Positions 23,646 through 39,957 are shown, counted from the stretch's first letter. The stretch: DNA of 64,000 nucleotides from the human T2T-CHM13v2.0 reference genome, Homo sapiens (GCF_009914755.1 NC_060931.1), one strand, 5' to 3'. Numbers and translations: made by a program. The notes: a model not told the origin generated them from the letters alone.

Positions 23646-25164
23646 AATTGACTCTAACAGAAAAGAATTATTTATGTAGTGAGCAAATAGGAAACTGGGA
23701 TTCAAACCTAGGTTAGTTATATCCTATTAGTTCATTAAAGCAGATCAGCTACTATCATTAGCTAAAAGTAAGTTCCAAGTTAGTTCAAGTGATTTTTGCA
23801 GATGCAAATAGTGACATTTCCTTAGAAACATTTTTGAATCAAGAACTGGGTAATTTAAGATAATCACCAATAGTTTACTAGAATTTCACGTCTGAGCAAA
23901 ATTTTTAAAATTCTCTATAGTTTTGAATGCCTTTGATTTCAGGCATTGTGAAAAAGTCAGACTAAATAATTAACACAAAGATTAGTGCTCAAAACCAGAG
24001 AACAAAGAATTCTATCAAATGCCGTTTTCCTTTAAATCTGTGCTCTTCCATTTTTACCTAGGTATCTTTATAATTCCATTCAAACTAAGGCCCAAAGAAA
24101 ATAGGCCATTCAACTCCAGTGCTGCAAACAGTGAGTTTTGGCATGGGAACAAGGTGGATGGCAGGAAGGCAGGAAACCACATGTTTTCCTGGGACATGGG
24201 GCTGCCTTTGCCAAGGAATAGCTTCCTGATGACCTACTCTTGTTCCTGCCCCGGGGCTAAGCTTCAAGTCTTCTTGACATTCTGACCTAAACTCTACTTT
24301 TCAGTGCTGGTGAGAGAGATGAATGTAGACCAAGAACTCCTCCTGTGAGGGCAAATAAGCTTCTTTCTACAACATTCAGCCTTAGAAGACAAGATATTTG
24401 CTGATCTTGTTTTTCTTTTAATAAAGGAATGTGACCTTTTAACTTGTGCGTCAAAAGTAGTTATGTCAGTCGGCTATGATAGTCGTAAATGTAGGTCTTT
24501 GGTACTTCTTAATAGTTAACATTCATTGAGTATCTGCTATGTGTCTGGCATTGTGGAAATTAATTACACAGGTAGTAAGTCAGGTCACTGGGATTTAAAT
24601 CCCATTCGATTGGCTTGTGCTTAATAATTAATTTCTATTCTTTGTATGTGAAAGGAGCCAGGATGAATACAAGGTTAAATTTGACATAGCCAACAGTCTC
24701 AGGCAGATTACAATTAAATAGTGGGTTTAACATATGTACATAAATAGTTAAAATATACAGTAAAATGTAGTAAATGTTATAAGAAAGAGTTAAGCGATTT
24801 TATGAGTGTGAGAGATACTAACCGATATGAATGAGAAAGTTTTATACAGGTGGGAAAAATTGAGTTGAGTGATTTCAATATCAGATATAATTAGATGAAT
24901 AAAATGTCATTCTCATCAAAAACAAAACAAACTCCCTAAGGAAAATATGGTTGGTAGAATATAAGAGATAGGTTTGAGAATGGTGAATATTTACTTTGGA
25001 TGAAATATTGATTGTATAAAAAGCAAAGTTTGAGAACAGTTTATGGAATTTCTTGAATGCCAGCTTAAGATACTCGAATGGCACATTTTACGCAGAGCAA
25101 AGCTACAGAAAGTTTGGAGTAGAGAAGAGACACAGTCAAGGCTTGCTTTGGAACTGTAACGTTC

Positions 25165-25365
25165 ACTGCAGAAGCCGCCAGCACATGTAGTTATTTAAGT
25201 TTAAATTTAAATGAACTAACATTAAATAAAATGAAAATTTTACTTCCTCAATTGCCCTAGCCATACTTCAAGTGCTCAGTAGTGTTCAGTAGCTAGTAGC
25301 TTCTATCTTGGGCAAGAGAGATGCCAAACATTTCCATCATCACAGGAAGTTCTATTGAGCAGAGA
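25165..25365 (-). mobile_element. MER3 (hAT-Charlie)
   Basis: cacatgtagttatttaagtttaaatttaa...ctagccatacttcaagtgctcagtag...acatttccatcatcacaggaagttctattg. Confidence 0.85.
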
Positions 25366-25954
25366 TGCTTTAAAAGATTAATCCAGTAGTGCATTATAAA
25401 TGGAGAGGACAGGGGAGGAAATTAGAAGGAGGGAGTTGACTTTCAGTTAATTTTAGAAGTCCTGAGCAGCTATAGGTGAGAATAGAATTTAATTTATTGA
25501 ATACAAAATTTTACCTTGTACTTTTTCAAGTTTTCTACAGATATTCATGATAAGGACCGTTTATTGCATACTCCAGGGATACCAGTCAGAATTTAAATTC
25601 TTTACAATCCCGACAATACATTTTCTTGGGAACTCACGAGAAAAGAGAACAAAAAATGAAATGATTCACCAGATTACGAATATCTAGAGACACCAACTTC
25701 CATGCAGAAACTGGGGAGTTTGAGCAGATAGACTTCCTGAGAGTTACCTCATGAGGGGATTTGGGGTAATAGCCATCTGGCTTCCAATTTGATTTGAGTT
25801 TCACTGTGGTCCAAATTAATCTAATTGCTCTCTGAAGTCTGTTTATACACCAAAATATATTAGTAAGAATTTACACTTTTGATTTTTTTTCTACTTTTAG
25901 GCTTTACTTTGAGTTTTCGTGTAATCATTATAACCTAGAATGAGGGTCTTTTAC

Positions 25955-26070
25955 ATTTAACACACAGGGAAACTGAGGCCAAAGTTAAGTGACTTGGCCA
26001 AGATCACAGAACTAGTCAGTTTCAAAGTTAAGGGTAGAACCAGTGGCCCAGGTTCTTTCCCCTTTACCAT
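25955..26070 (-). mobile_element. MIR core fragment
   Basis: gggaaactgaggccaaagttaagtgacttggccaagatcacagaactagtcagt. Confidence 0.75.
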
Positions 26071-26371
26071 GCATTTTCAGAGTAACCTAGAAAAATATAC
26101 GTTAATTTCTTTTCATATGCTCAAGAGTTAGGGCAGTAAGTATTGCTCTGTAATTTAACTTGCAGTCCAAACACTGTCATCTTCAATTATATATTTAATA
26201 AATATGTTTCATGAGCATTTGCTTGAAATTAGAAGCAATGGGACTTAAATCTCACCAACTTTCAAATGGATCCATGGGACAAAAAGCTTAAAGATTCATG
26301 TTCCAGTTTGACATGACTCCTTTCTCCCCCCAATCAACCTTGATCTTCTGACTCCTCACAATACTTCATGG

Positions 26372-26516
26372 CTCTTACTTGTTTTCCTGCCTGTCATCCT
26401 CCACTAGACTGGATGCTCCTTCATAATAGGTCCATGTCATACTTGTCTTTGTGTCCCCAGAGCTTATCTCAGTTCTCAGTGCACAGTTAAAGAACTGGTG
26501 AATAATGTACGAATGA
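26372..26516 (+). mobile_element. L2 3' end
   Basis: ctccactagactggatgctcct...gtctttgtgtccccagagctta...gcacagttaaagaactggtgaat. Confidence 0.6.
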
Positions 26517-27934
26517 TACATGGGTAAAGAGGTTATTTGGAAACTCTGCTTCTGTCTACTCTTATTAATCTTTCTTCTGACCTTCAGAGTACACAGCCTT
26601 ACCAGGGGCACAGAGGAAAGTCAGGCTTGTCCAGCACACTCCAGCAGGCAATTCAAAACTGTACAGTGCAGTAGGACTGGACTCCACATAATTCTCATTC
26701 TTTCATCTCCACAGACGTTTACCTAAGCAATCTTTGAGCATGCCTGGCTCCCTTTTATATGGGGCCATTTTTTCCAGTCCATTTTGTTTACCTTTTTTCT
26801 CTGGGGACAAAAGATAGCCTGCCAAAGCTTCATAAAGGTGAATTCAAAAGCCCCTATGGGATCCTTGGGTATACGAGAACCTGTCTGCCACCTTGCAGGG
26901 GCAAAGAGGCTGGCTTTGCCCTCCATAGCTCCATGACTTCATTCTTGTACTGTCCAAAATTGCAAGACAGAATTCCGAAAATGTGACTTAGCCCTACCAT
27001 TCCTTTTTGTATTCTAAAAGAGCAGATGGAGATTTCATCAAGTCGAATCAAATGGTTTGAAATTCAAAATGTTTTCTATGACCCTGAAGCCTGAACCAAA
27101 ACAATACAAGATAAAAATGATGTGTTGTAGGCATATCAAGTATCAAGTACCAATGCCTATATTAGCAGCACCACTATGTCTCTTGCACCTGGAAAAAGGT
27201 TAACGAAGATTGCAGATTCCCTCATGATCCAAAGAACAGTTATCCAGATACAAAGAAACAGTGTTGTCCTTTGTTTTAGTCCTGGCCATCCCATTACTGT
27301 CTCCTTCTTCCCTCCCTTCAACACAATCATATTTCTGGTAACATCTCAGTAATTATAACAGATGCACAAGCTGTCAGACACTAAGACTCCCCAGGCTCCT
27401 TTCCAACTTTGTGTCTAGATATTATTGTTGTTCATGTTACTATAAGGAAGTTAGGGTATAGGCATTGTATTTTTTTATAAGACAGGCCTTCTTTAGCAAT
27501 CAATGTTGTATAAAGCTTGTCCTAAAAAATATGCTTATTATCGTATTCCCATCAGATGACATAAAACAGCTCATATCATAGAGAAATTATTTTTCATGAA
27601 TGAGTGTTTTTCAAATATCTCTTTAAAAACATATATTTACCCATACTAAAGCAGTTAATATTTGCATCACTGGCTTAAAACTACTACTTTGCTCCTATGA
27701 GAACATATTCTTTATTTGTGTTAGTGCATAGTCCTCTGAGAGGAGATATTTACAAACCCCATGCTAACAACTTTCATGCTAATAGACTTCAGTGCAGGCT
27801 TTGATGTTGTGTCAGCACCAAAGGGAAAGAGAAAGCTCTTGTTAGAAGTGATATGCCTTGATTAGTTTCATTTCAATGCATTTAACACAAAATTCGATGT
27901 CTATTTGACAAATATGTACAAAGTCAATGATTGA

Positions 27935-28551
27935 TTTAATCTTAATTGACAAAAATTGTATACATTCAAGATGTAAAATCATGATGATTTGATATATGTA
28001 TACCTTGTGAAATGATTACCACAATCAAGTTAATTAACATATTCATTATTACCTCACATAGTTACTATTTTGTGCATGTTTGCATGCGTGAATGTGTATG
28101 TGTGAGTGTGGTGAGGACACTTAAGTTTTACTGTCAGAAAATTTCAATTATACAATACAGTATTATTAGCTATAGCCACCGTGTTGTACATTATGTCTCC
28201 AGAATATATTCATCTTATAACTGAAAATTTGACACTTTGACCAACATCTCCCCATTTCTCCTGTGCCCCAGCTGCTGACAACCACCATCCTACTCTCTAT
28301 ATGAGTTTGACTTTTTTAGATTCCACAGATAAGCAAGGTCATGCAGTATTTGTCTTTCTGTATCTGGCTCATTTGATTTAGCCTAATGTCCTCCAGGTTC
28401 ATCCATGTTATTACAAATGACAATATTTCTTTAATTTTTATAGCTGAATGAATACTCTGTTCTATGTATGTACACCACATTTTCTTTATCCATTCATTCA
28501 CTCCTAGGCACTTGGGTTGTTTTTATATCTTGGCTATTGTAAATAATATTG
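27935..28551 (-). mobile_element. L1MA 3' end
   Basis: taattgacaaaaattgtatacatt...tgtgaaatgattaccacaatcaag. ORF 28316..28501 is the L1 ORF2 C-terminal remnant (NEWIKKMW...QKDKYCM). Confidence 0.92.
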
Positions 28552-28736
28552 TGCCTGATTCTCTTGGGCACAACAGTTCACAGGTTTTAATGATAGACCT
28601 TGAAAAGTATGTTCAGCTAAATAAAAATGGAAACATAAAAAATCTTTTGAAAATGTTTTGAAAAGGCCCCAACTATCGTTGAATGCTTTCAGTAGAGAGT
28701 ATATATTCTATTCAGTGATTAAGACATTATTTTTAT

Positions 28737-28858
28737 CAGGAGACTGAGGGAGAGAATTGTTTGAACTCAGGAGGCGGAGGTTGCAGTGAGCCAGGGTCAC
28801 GCCACGGTATTCCAGCCTGGACAACAGAGTGAGACTCCGTCCAAAAAAAAAAAAAAAA
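28737..28858 (+). mobile_element. 5'-truncated Alu (right-arm end plus polyA)
   Basis: caggagactgagggagagaattgtttgaac...gagactccgtcc plus A-run. Flanks are aagacattattttta and aagacataattttta. Confidence 0.9.
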
Positions 28859-28951
28859 GACATAAGACATAATTTTTAGATTATATTAGTGATTAAGACA
28901 TAATTTTCTAACATCATTTTATACAGAACAATAGTTTAATAGTAATTTTGG

Positions 28952-29021
28952 GGCTGGGTGTGGTGGCTCACACCTGTAATCCCAGGACTTTGGGAGACTG
29001 AGGCAGGAGGATCAAAAAAAA
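28952..29021 (+). mobile_element. Alu 5' fragment (about 62 nt) followed by an A-run
   Basis: ggctgggtgtggtggctcacacctgtaatcccaggactttgggagactgaggcaggaggatc followed by aaaaaaaa. Confidence 0.9.
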
Positions 29022-29140
29022 GAAAAGTATTACCCAGGGAATTGAGTTCAGCCTCTCTTTCTCACTGCAACCTCGTTTCAGTGATCTCTATAAAAAGAAA
29101 ACAAAATAATAACTTTCATATTTTCCTGTATCTGCTTCTT

Positions 29141-32100
29141 AATTTTTTAACTTTTTATTGAAATAAAATATTCATACAGAAAAGTGAACAATCATGATTA
29201 TACCACTCAATTAATTTACACAAATTGCTCACATCAGTACATCCAGATCAAGAATAAAGAGATACCATTAACCCATAACCCAATAAGCCTCATTCATATC
29301 TCCTTTCACTACTCTACCCTGGCAAGGATAACATAACTACTACATTTACGTCTAATGATAGAGCTTAGTTTTAACTTTTTTTTTTTTTTTGCTTTATTTG
29401 AATGGGATTATTCAATATATACTATGTTGTGTCTGGCTTTTTTTTGCTTGTCCTCATGTTTATGAGTTTAATCTATGCTGTTGCATATGGCAGTGAATCT
29501 TATTCTCATTGCTATACGATATTGTGTTGACATACCACAATGTATGGTTGAAAAATATGATATTGACAATATTTGAATTACTTGACTTACCAAACCAACA
29601 ATTGTACATGGTTAAACTAATATTAATCCACTTTACTCTTGATAGGCATTTTAGTTTCCAATTATTCAATAATATTAGTAGTGTACTATGAACATTTCAG
29701 CACATTTTTAATTAACATATATCAAATTATTGGGTCAATGGATGTGCATATGTTCAGTTTTAGAAAATACGGTCAAACAGATTTCAAAGATGATTGTACC
29801 TATTCAGGTTCCCAACCACATAATATGAACTTTCCAGTTGATCTATACCCTTGCCAACACTAAGCATTTTCCCTCATTTTTATTTCAGCCATTTTGGTAT
29901 ATATGTGAAGTTATTGCGTTACGGATTCAATTTGCATTTCTTTCATGAATAGTAAAGTTGAGCCTCTCATCATATGTTTATAGGCTATTTCAATATCTCT
30001 TTTGTGAAAGGTTTGTTCACATCCAAGTTTTTCCAGTTTTACCTATTGTTTGACCTTTCACTGATTTGTAGGACACTTTTAGATATTCTGCAAGTTTTTG
30101 ATGTTTATTTTAAATATTTTCTCGCACTCTGTGACTTTCATTTTCACTTTCTACCTACTCTCTTTTGATGACAAAAGTTTGTAATTTTTATACTGTCCTA
30201 GTTATTACTTTTTTTCTTTTTGGCATAGCATTCTGCTCTTTTTAAGTAATCAGCCAAATCAGGGTCAAACAATGTTCTATATATTGCTCTAATGGATTTT
30301 TATCTTTCACCTTTAAATTTGAAATTCATGTGGAATTTGCTGTATGATGTGAGACAGGGGATCAGAATACATTTTTATCAAAGAACTATCCAATTGAACC
30401 AGAATCATTGATTAAAAAAACCATATTTCAAACTACACTGTGTTGTCATCACCGTCATCAGTCAGGTAAACAAAGAAGTATAAAAATATATATATAATTC
30501 ATAAAAATATGAGATATCTTCTGTTCTATTAGTCAATTATCTACTTTAAACCAATACTGCATTGACTGAATTACCAAAGCTTCATAGTAGGTCTTAATAT
30601 TTGGTGTATTTACTTCCTTGAAGCATCTTTGTTCTTAAAAATATGTCTATTCTTTGTCCTTTGCATTTGCATATGAATTTTAAACCTGTTCAATTTCCGG
30701 AAAAAAACTTCTGCTACAATTTTAATTGGTATTCATTGAATCAATAGATTAATTTGGGATTAAATATCTTTACAATATTGGACAGCAATATATCACTTTC
30801 TCTCAATAGTATTGTTTAGTTTCAAATTACAGGTCCTCCACAACTTTACCTGAATTGATTTAAAAGTTTCATGTTATTACAAATACCATATTTTAAAATG
30901 TGCTTACTATTTGAATGACTGGCATATAGAAATACAATTGATTTTATAGATTGACCTTGCATTCAACGACTTTTCTAAATTCACTTACTGATTTTAATAG
31001 TTTGTCCATAAATTCTTTTGGATTTCTAGGTATATAATCTGCTAATCATGAGATTTTTTTGTCTTTATTTACAATCCTAAGGGATTTTTTTCTTACCTGT
31101 TACACTTAGTAAGATCTCTAGTACAATGTTAAATAAAGTGGTGAGAGTGGGCATACTTTTTAAAGTCATGATTTTAAGGGGAAAGTTTTCAATATTTTAC
31201 CATTGAGTATAATGTTAGTTGTAGGTATTTTGCAAATATTCTTTGTCAGATTAAGGGAGTTCTTTTCTAGAATCAGTGTGCTAAGAATTGCATCGATAAC
31301 AGATGTTGATTCAAAAGCTTACTCTGCATATATTGAGAAAATCATGTAATTTTTCTTTTTTTCTCTGTTATGGTAAATTACATTGAATTTGAAATTACAG
31401 GTGAAATAAATTCCATTTTGTTGTGTTGTATTTTCTATTTTGAATATTGCTTGAATTAAATAATAACATTTTGTTAAGAAATTTTACCTCTATGTTTATG
31501 AGAGTAATTGGTCTCTAATTTTTCTTTTCATAATGTCTTCGTCAGGTTTTGGGTTATGCTAGTCTTATTTAAGATAAATAGCTGGGGAGAATTTCCTCAG
31601 ATTTTATTATCTGGGAAAGGCTGCATAAATTAGATGTTAATTTCTTTCTTAAATAGGTAAAGAACTCTGTAGTGAAGCATTTTCTTTATGGGAAGATTTT
31701 TAATAATGGATTTAAATTTCTAGTAATGACAATTTATGTTTTCCCTCATTTTTGTTAAACATTCAGCCTAGAGCTTTATTAGCTTTATTAATCTTTTTTA
31801 ACAAAAGCTTTTGGCTTAGTTAATTTTCCCATTCTATGTCATTGGTTTCTGATGTTATCTTTCTTTTCTTTTTATTCTTTTTTCCATGGGTCTGATATGC
31901 TGTTCTTCTCCTAGCTTCGCGACATCTTAAATCTTTTATTTTCAACTGTTTTCTCCTGGTATGGGCATTTACAAGTATACATGTCCCTGCAAGCACTACT
32001 TTTACGATGCTTTAGTTGCATCCCACCAATTTAAATATGTTGCATTTTTTTATCATTTAGTTCAAACTAATTCTCATTTGTATTTCTCATTTGTATTATT

Positions 32101-32655
32101 TAGACATGTGTTATTTAATTTCCAGACAGTTGTGACTTTTCTTGTTATTATTGAAATTTAACTTAATTCCTTTGTGATTGGGAAATATACACGAAACTAT
32201 TCCAATATTTCAAAGTTTCTGGAGGCTTTTTATGGTTCATCAGATATTCGATTTTAGTAAATATGCTATGTGAACTTAGATTATATTATTGTCAATTGCT
32301 TATGTCTGTGATCTCTTAAGATTCTGATTTGTTGCTCCAGACCCACACGATGGCAAAGGTGTCCCTGATTCTCTCTCCTCAGCAGAGGCTCTGTACATGG
32401 GCCATGTCTGAGCATCAGCTCAAACCCAGAATTGGTAATTCCTCCACAAGAAAAGATATCTGGTGATCTGCAGCTCACCTGTTTACCATTCTATTTCTGG
32501 TAAATTTCTATTTCTTATTCCACCTAGTTTTTATTGATACCATAGATTTTTGAAGTCTTGAATAGTATGATTTTTGTAATTTATGGAGCTTTTTCACATA
32601 AAAGTATAGTGGAAGCATTAGTTTGCTGTGATCTACTACATCCTACCTCTAAGGT
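29141..32655 (-). mobile_element. Long degenerate L1M (L1MD/ME-type): 3' UTR, ORF2 and probable 5' remnant
   Basis: Antisense 3' end ctttttattgaaataaaatattcatacagaaaagtg and ORF2 landmarks (ttgcatttctttcatgaatagt, aaatacaattgattttata, ggtgagagtgggcat, gttgcatcccaccaattt). Confidence 0.85.
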
Positions 32656-32774
32656 AAAATCAAGACTCTTTTAAAATACTTGTAAAAATAGACATATTTT
32701 TGAAACAAGAATCATTCCATGCAATTTGTACAATGAAAAGAATAGTGTTTCTGAAACCTTGATTTACTTTGGGA

Positions 32775-33450
32775 AGCATTTATTGATTTTCTGCTAGGTC
32801 CGCACCATGCCATATGCTGTGGAATCTATAATGATTTAGACAGTCCTGGGACCAGATGACTTTGTAGTCCACAGATGAGTCAGGTATGGAAATGAATAAA
32901 CTGCAAGGCAATGTAACACATCTTGTGGTTTGGAGATAGATTTTTTTCTCCCAGAACCCAGAAGAAGCAAAGACCGCCTGCCTAGAGGATTCAGGAGAGA
33001 GTTCACAAAAAAATCAAAAAGTTACATTTGGTCCAGAAGCATGAGCAGAAGTTGCCGGGCATAAAAGAAGAAATGATATTCTAGGCAAAGGGATAGCATT
33101 TGCAATAACTCAGTATTATGAAAGGATATGGAACATTTATTTAAAGTGAAACATGAACTATAGAACCACATGGGTGGGGATGTGGGGTATGTGCATGAAA
33201 ATAATGTCAGAGACATAAATTGGGGTCAGATTAGGAGGGGCATTGAATGCCAAGCTAGACGCTGTAGTCGTTTTTCTAAAGGCTATATGAAGTTAATAGA
33301 GATTTTCAAACAAAAGGATAAAATTAGATATAATTAGAGAAAATTAGACATAATTAGAGATAAAATGTTTAAGAAAGAGTTCTGGCAGCAGTGGAAACAG
33401 CAGAATCAAAGGGAAAGGATCTAGAGGGAATTTTAAAATGTTTGCAGGGA
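32775..33450 (-). mobile_element. L2 remnant
   Basis: agcatttattgattttctgct...ttctaggcaaagggatagcatttgcaa...ggggtcagattaggaggggcattgaatgccaagcta...tctggcagcagtgg. Confidence 0.75.
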
Positions 33451-34449
33451 ACTCAATACGAAATTTTTCTATAACAGAATGTTATTTATAGATTAATTAC
33501 TGGATTTTGATATACTAAACCATGAAAATGGCAAAATTGACCTCTGAAATTTATTAATAGAGATGGCAATTGGCCTAAACACAAAGTTTACCTTGCTCTC
33601 CTTTTGTGAATGTATGTTTAATGCCACTAAGTGAGTGGGACTCTGTCCAAATAGAGCTGTTTTCATAGCGTGTCACTGATTTTCTTGAGATCCTGAGAGA
33701 ACTCTTAAAAACATCCCTTTAGATCTCTGTTTTGTGTGCTGTGTTTTTAAATGTCATCTTATTAGCCAAAATATTTTCTTTTACTTAACTTTTAGATACA
33801 TAAATTCAGGGTAGAGGGAGAGATAGAGAGAGATTGGTATGGAGGAAGAAACGAAATGAGTAGATTGTGATGTAATGCCATGAAGTCTAATTTCTAGTAA
33901 CTAGCTCTGTGGCTTATTCTGATCTCTCATTTTGTGAATTGGAAGTATCTTGCTGGCAAAACTTCCGTAAGATAGCTTCATCTTTGGTATAATTGGGACA
34001 ACATCTACCCTGCTTAACTTTAAAGTACTGCTCAATGCAAGACATTAGTACACACAAATAACAAGCAGAGACCATCTCCCTTGGCCAGATTTTCGTTTCT
34101 TGCCGTTTATTTCATTTAAGGCTTTTTCATGTCAAACAAAGATTTTAAGCTGATTAAGTGATTTCCCACAGACAGGTACCTCCTGTGATTTAAAGAGTCT
34201 GGCTGAAGTGAGAATGGATACTAATGCAGAATCTCACGGAGCATCAGAAGTCCCAGATTGCATTTTATAAATACTCTTTTTTTTTTTTTTTGCTACAAAC
34301 TATTACCACATGCCATGCTGTGATTTGACTGTTGGAGCCATTTCAGCCTGCCTCTTCCCTATGAAATAAACACTTGGATAGTAGGTAGCTTGGAACCATT
34401 GCAAAATAATAACTTGGGTTATTGTGGACATTAATAATTTGCAAACCCC

Positions 34450-34605
34450 TTGAACATTTATTATTCATCCTGTGAGGCTGTCCCCATTTTTCTGAATAGA
34501 AAACTGAAGACATAACATGTTAATAACTCAGCCAGTGCAAACACAAGTCACATCAACAGGATTGGAAGAACACTTTTTGATTAAAATTCAATGTTCTTTC
34601 CACAT
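34450..34605 (-). mobile_element. MIR fragment
   Basis: catcctgtgaggctgtccccatttttctgaatagaaaactgaagac. Confidence 0.55.
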
Positions 34606-35764
34606 GCTGCTTTTCCTTATTGTCTCTTTTAGTGATGTCCCTGGTATTCAACCAACCTGAGAACCAAGTTAAATACCAGAATCATTCCCAATTCCTAAAT
34701 GTGACAGATTGAAGTTTTATTTTATAATTCCAATCCTCTCACAAAATGAAGGAATCTTATGCTGACTTTGTGTAAATTCATATTCAGCAGGTATTGAATG
34801 TTGTAAATAGCATTAATATTTTACATCTTCTAATCTCCAAGTCAAACTCATATATACCCATGTCATTTCTTTTGTACTCGAGCCCTGAGATGATTTTATT
34901 ATGAAAAGTGCAATTTAAAAAAATCTAATAAACTGTCATCTATCTGAAGGGCAGCATTTTGCTGAAGTAAGCAGTAACTAAATTTGTGACACCAGGTTGT
35001 GAAGGCCAAATGACGGCAACCACTTGCAAACTCAGTGGAAACTTTTCCAAGGTCTTCTTTCCAAAGGTGTAAGTATTTGTTTGTTTGGTTGGTTGGTTGA
35101 TTGTTATAACCCTGAAGTTACTTGCCCTTTTACAGATGTTTGGCCTATCTTAGTTTAGGTTTGGCTGTATATTCTAAGTCTTCTGAATTCTAAATTTTAA
35201 TTATTAATCCTAAATTATATTTACTGTTCTTCTGTAAGACAGAATTGTATATAACGCATAAATTAACTTCTTCAATGTTTTCAAGTGTGCCAGGATCACT
35301 TTATTCACTGATATCTAAGAAAAATTGAATCAAATCCATAAACATGGTGGATTTGACCACACACGTGGTGGAAAACCCATGTATCCAATATATTCAAGAA
35401 GTTTTAACTACTCATAGCTCCAAGTTTGAATTTACACTCAATTTTCAGTCTCTATCTGTAACCTATATGCAAAAGACTTTTCTGAGGTCCTGGAAAACTG
35501 TGCAGTTTATATACCAAAACATTATTGCAAACAATTTTACATTAAATTTTAGATTTATGAAGCATTCTGGCCTCTGCATTTTCATGGTTTTATTGGAACC
35601 ATGATTTTGGGCCTGGCTTCTCTATCTCTTTTCACCTCCTTTTCTTTCATGCTTACTATTTCTCTAAATATGTATTTATGTATCATGCAGGGAAGTTTAA
35701 TTATCTTTTATCTCACCTATTTCCCAATGTGGCTGAGATTTGAATGCTATTTTTGTAAGAAAAG

Positions 35765-36027
35765 TGACAGGCAGATCTCTTATATGGCTCCCAAAGACCC
35801 AAGCCCTTGTATAACCTCCTCCCCTGAGTACAGCTGAGACTTATAACTTGCTTCTAACCAAGAGAATATGACAAAAGTAATGAGATGTCACTCCCATGAT
35901 AATGTTACATTATATGACAAAAGTAAAGGGATTTTGGAGATGTAATTAAAACCCCTAAACAGTGAACTTTAAGTTAATCAAAAGGGAAATTATCCTGAAT
36001 GGGCCTGACTTCATCAGGTGAGCCCTT
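35765..36027 (+). mobile_element. MLT1E-type LTR, 5' part (split by L1PA)
   Basis: ttgcttctaaccaagagaatatgacaaaag...gagatgtcactccc...taatcaaaagggaaattatcctgaatgggcctgacttcatcaggtgagccc. Confidence 0.85.
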
Positions 36028-36868
36028 TTTATTTTATTTTATTTTATTTTATTTTATTTTATTTTATTTTATTTTATTATTATTATACTTTAAGTTTTAG
36101 GGCACATGTGCACAATGTGCAGGTTAGTTACATATGTATACATGTGCCATGCTGGTGTGCTGCACCCATTAACTCGTCATTTAGCACTAGGTATATCTCC
36201 TAAAGCTATCCCTCCCCCCTCCCCCCACCCCACAACAGTCTCCAGAGTGTGATGTTCCCCTTCCTGTGTCCATGTGTTCTCATTGTTCAATTCCCACCTA
36301 TAAGTGAGAATATGCGGTGTTTGGCTTTTTGTTCTTGTGATAGTTTACTGAGAATGATGATTTCCAATTTCATCCATGTCCCTACAAAGGACATGAACTC
36401 ACTTTTTATGGCTGCACAGTATTCCATGGTGTATATGTGCCACATTTTCTTAATCCAGTCTATCATTGTTGGACATTAGGGTTGGTTCCAAGTCTTTGCT
36501 ATTGTGAATAATGCCGCAATAAACATACATGTGCATGTGTCTTTATAGCAGCATGATTTATAGTCCTTTGGGTATATACCCAGTAATGGGATGGCTGGGA
36601 CAAATAGTATTTCTAGCTCTAGATCCCTGAGGAATCGCCACACTGACTTCCACAATGGTTGAACTAGTTTACAGTCCCACTAACAGTGTAAAAGTGTTCC
36701 TATTTCTCCACATCCTCTCCAGAACCTGTTGTTTCCTGACATTTTAATGATTGCCATTCTAACTGGTGTGAGATGGTATCTCATTGTGGTTTTGATTTGC
36801 ATTTCTCTGATGGCCAGTGATTTTGAGCATTTTTTCATGTGTCTTTTGGCTGCATAAATGCCTTCTTT

Positions 36869-39273
<2,405 letters not shown>

Positions 39274-39572
39274 TTAAAAGAGGGTGTAGAAGTCAGAAAT
39301 TCTTTCTCGTCTAGACTTGAAAAAGCAAGCCACCATAAATTTTAAAGCTTCAATGAAATAAATTCTGCTGATAACCATATGAGTTTGGAGGAAAATCCCG
39401 AGGCTCAGATGGGATCCCGTCTTGACTGTAGCCTATGATAACTCAAGTAGACGACTCAGGTAAGCTATGCCCATACTCCTGACCCATAGAGAATGTAAGA
39501 TATAAATTGGTGTTGTTTTAAGAAGCTAAATTCGTGGTGATTTGTGACATAGCAATATAAAAAAATCAATAC
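39274..39572 (+). mobile_element. MLT1E-type LTR, 3' part
   Basis: taaaagagg...aattctgctgataacc...ctcctgacccatagagaatgtaaga...tgttgttttaag...gtggtgatttgtgacatagcaata. Confidence 0.85.
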
Positions 39573-39729
39573 TTTTTTTTTCTTATTCTATGATGATCTT
39601 AAACTAACCATTCCTTTTCTTTACCACAGTAACCACAACTTAGTAAGACTGGTTTGCTTGGAATTTCAGATGTTGGAGCAGAATTAATGAAAATCAATTT
39701 AACTTAAAATGAAACAAAGGTGAACACAC

Positions 39730-39919
39730 CTGAGAAATAAAAATAATCAGCCAATCTGCAGAAATTTTTGTGATCATTTCAATATGCAAATTTTTAGAAA
39801 CTAGAAGGTAGATGAAATATCAATCTGAGAAATAAAAATAATCAGCCAATCTGCAGAAATTTTTGTGATCATTTCAATATGCAAATTTTTAGAAACTAGA
39901 AGGTAGATGAAATATCAAT
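39730..39919 (+). repeat. Perfect tandem duplication, 2 x 95 bp
   Basis: 39730-39824 is identical to 39825-39919. Confidence 0.97.
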
Positions 39920-39957
39920 CTCTGTCCAAATAAATTAATCATTAGCATCTTCTACTT

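Noticed and set aside
26555-26680. Strong plus-strand acceptor (tttcttctgaccttcag) as a possible exon
   Set aside because: No convincing donor or partner exon. Isolated splice-like signals are common in AT-rich DNA.
26759-26986. GILGYT in a 75-aa ORF, reminiscent of GAPDH (processed pseudogene?)
   Set aside because: Only six residues match. Flanking residues do not follow GAPDH, and there is no polyA or TSD.
33321-33360. Short 10-bp x4 repeat (a/t)aattaga(t/g/c)a; similar 18-bp x3 repeat at about 61413-61469
   Set aside because: Ordinary micro-duplications in AT-rich or L2-derived DNA with nothing pointing to function.
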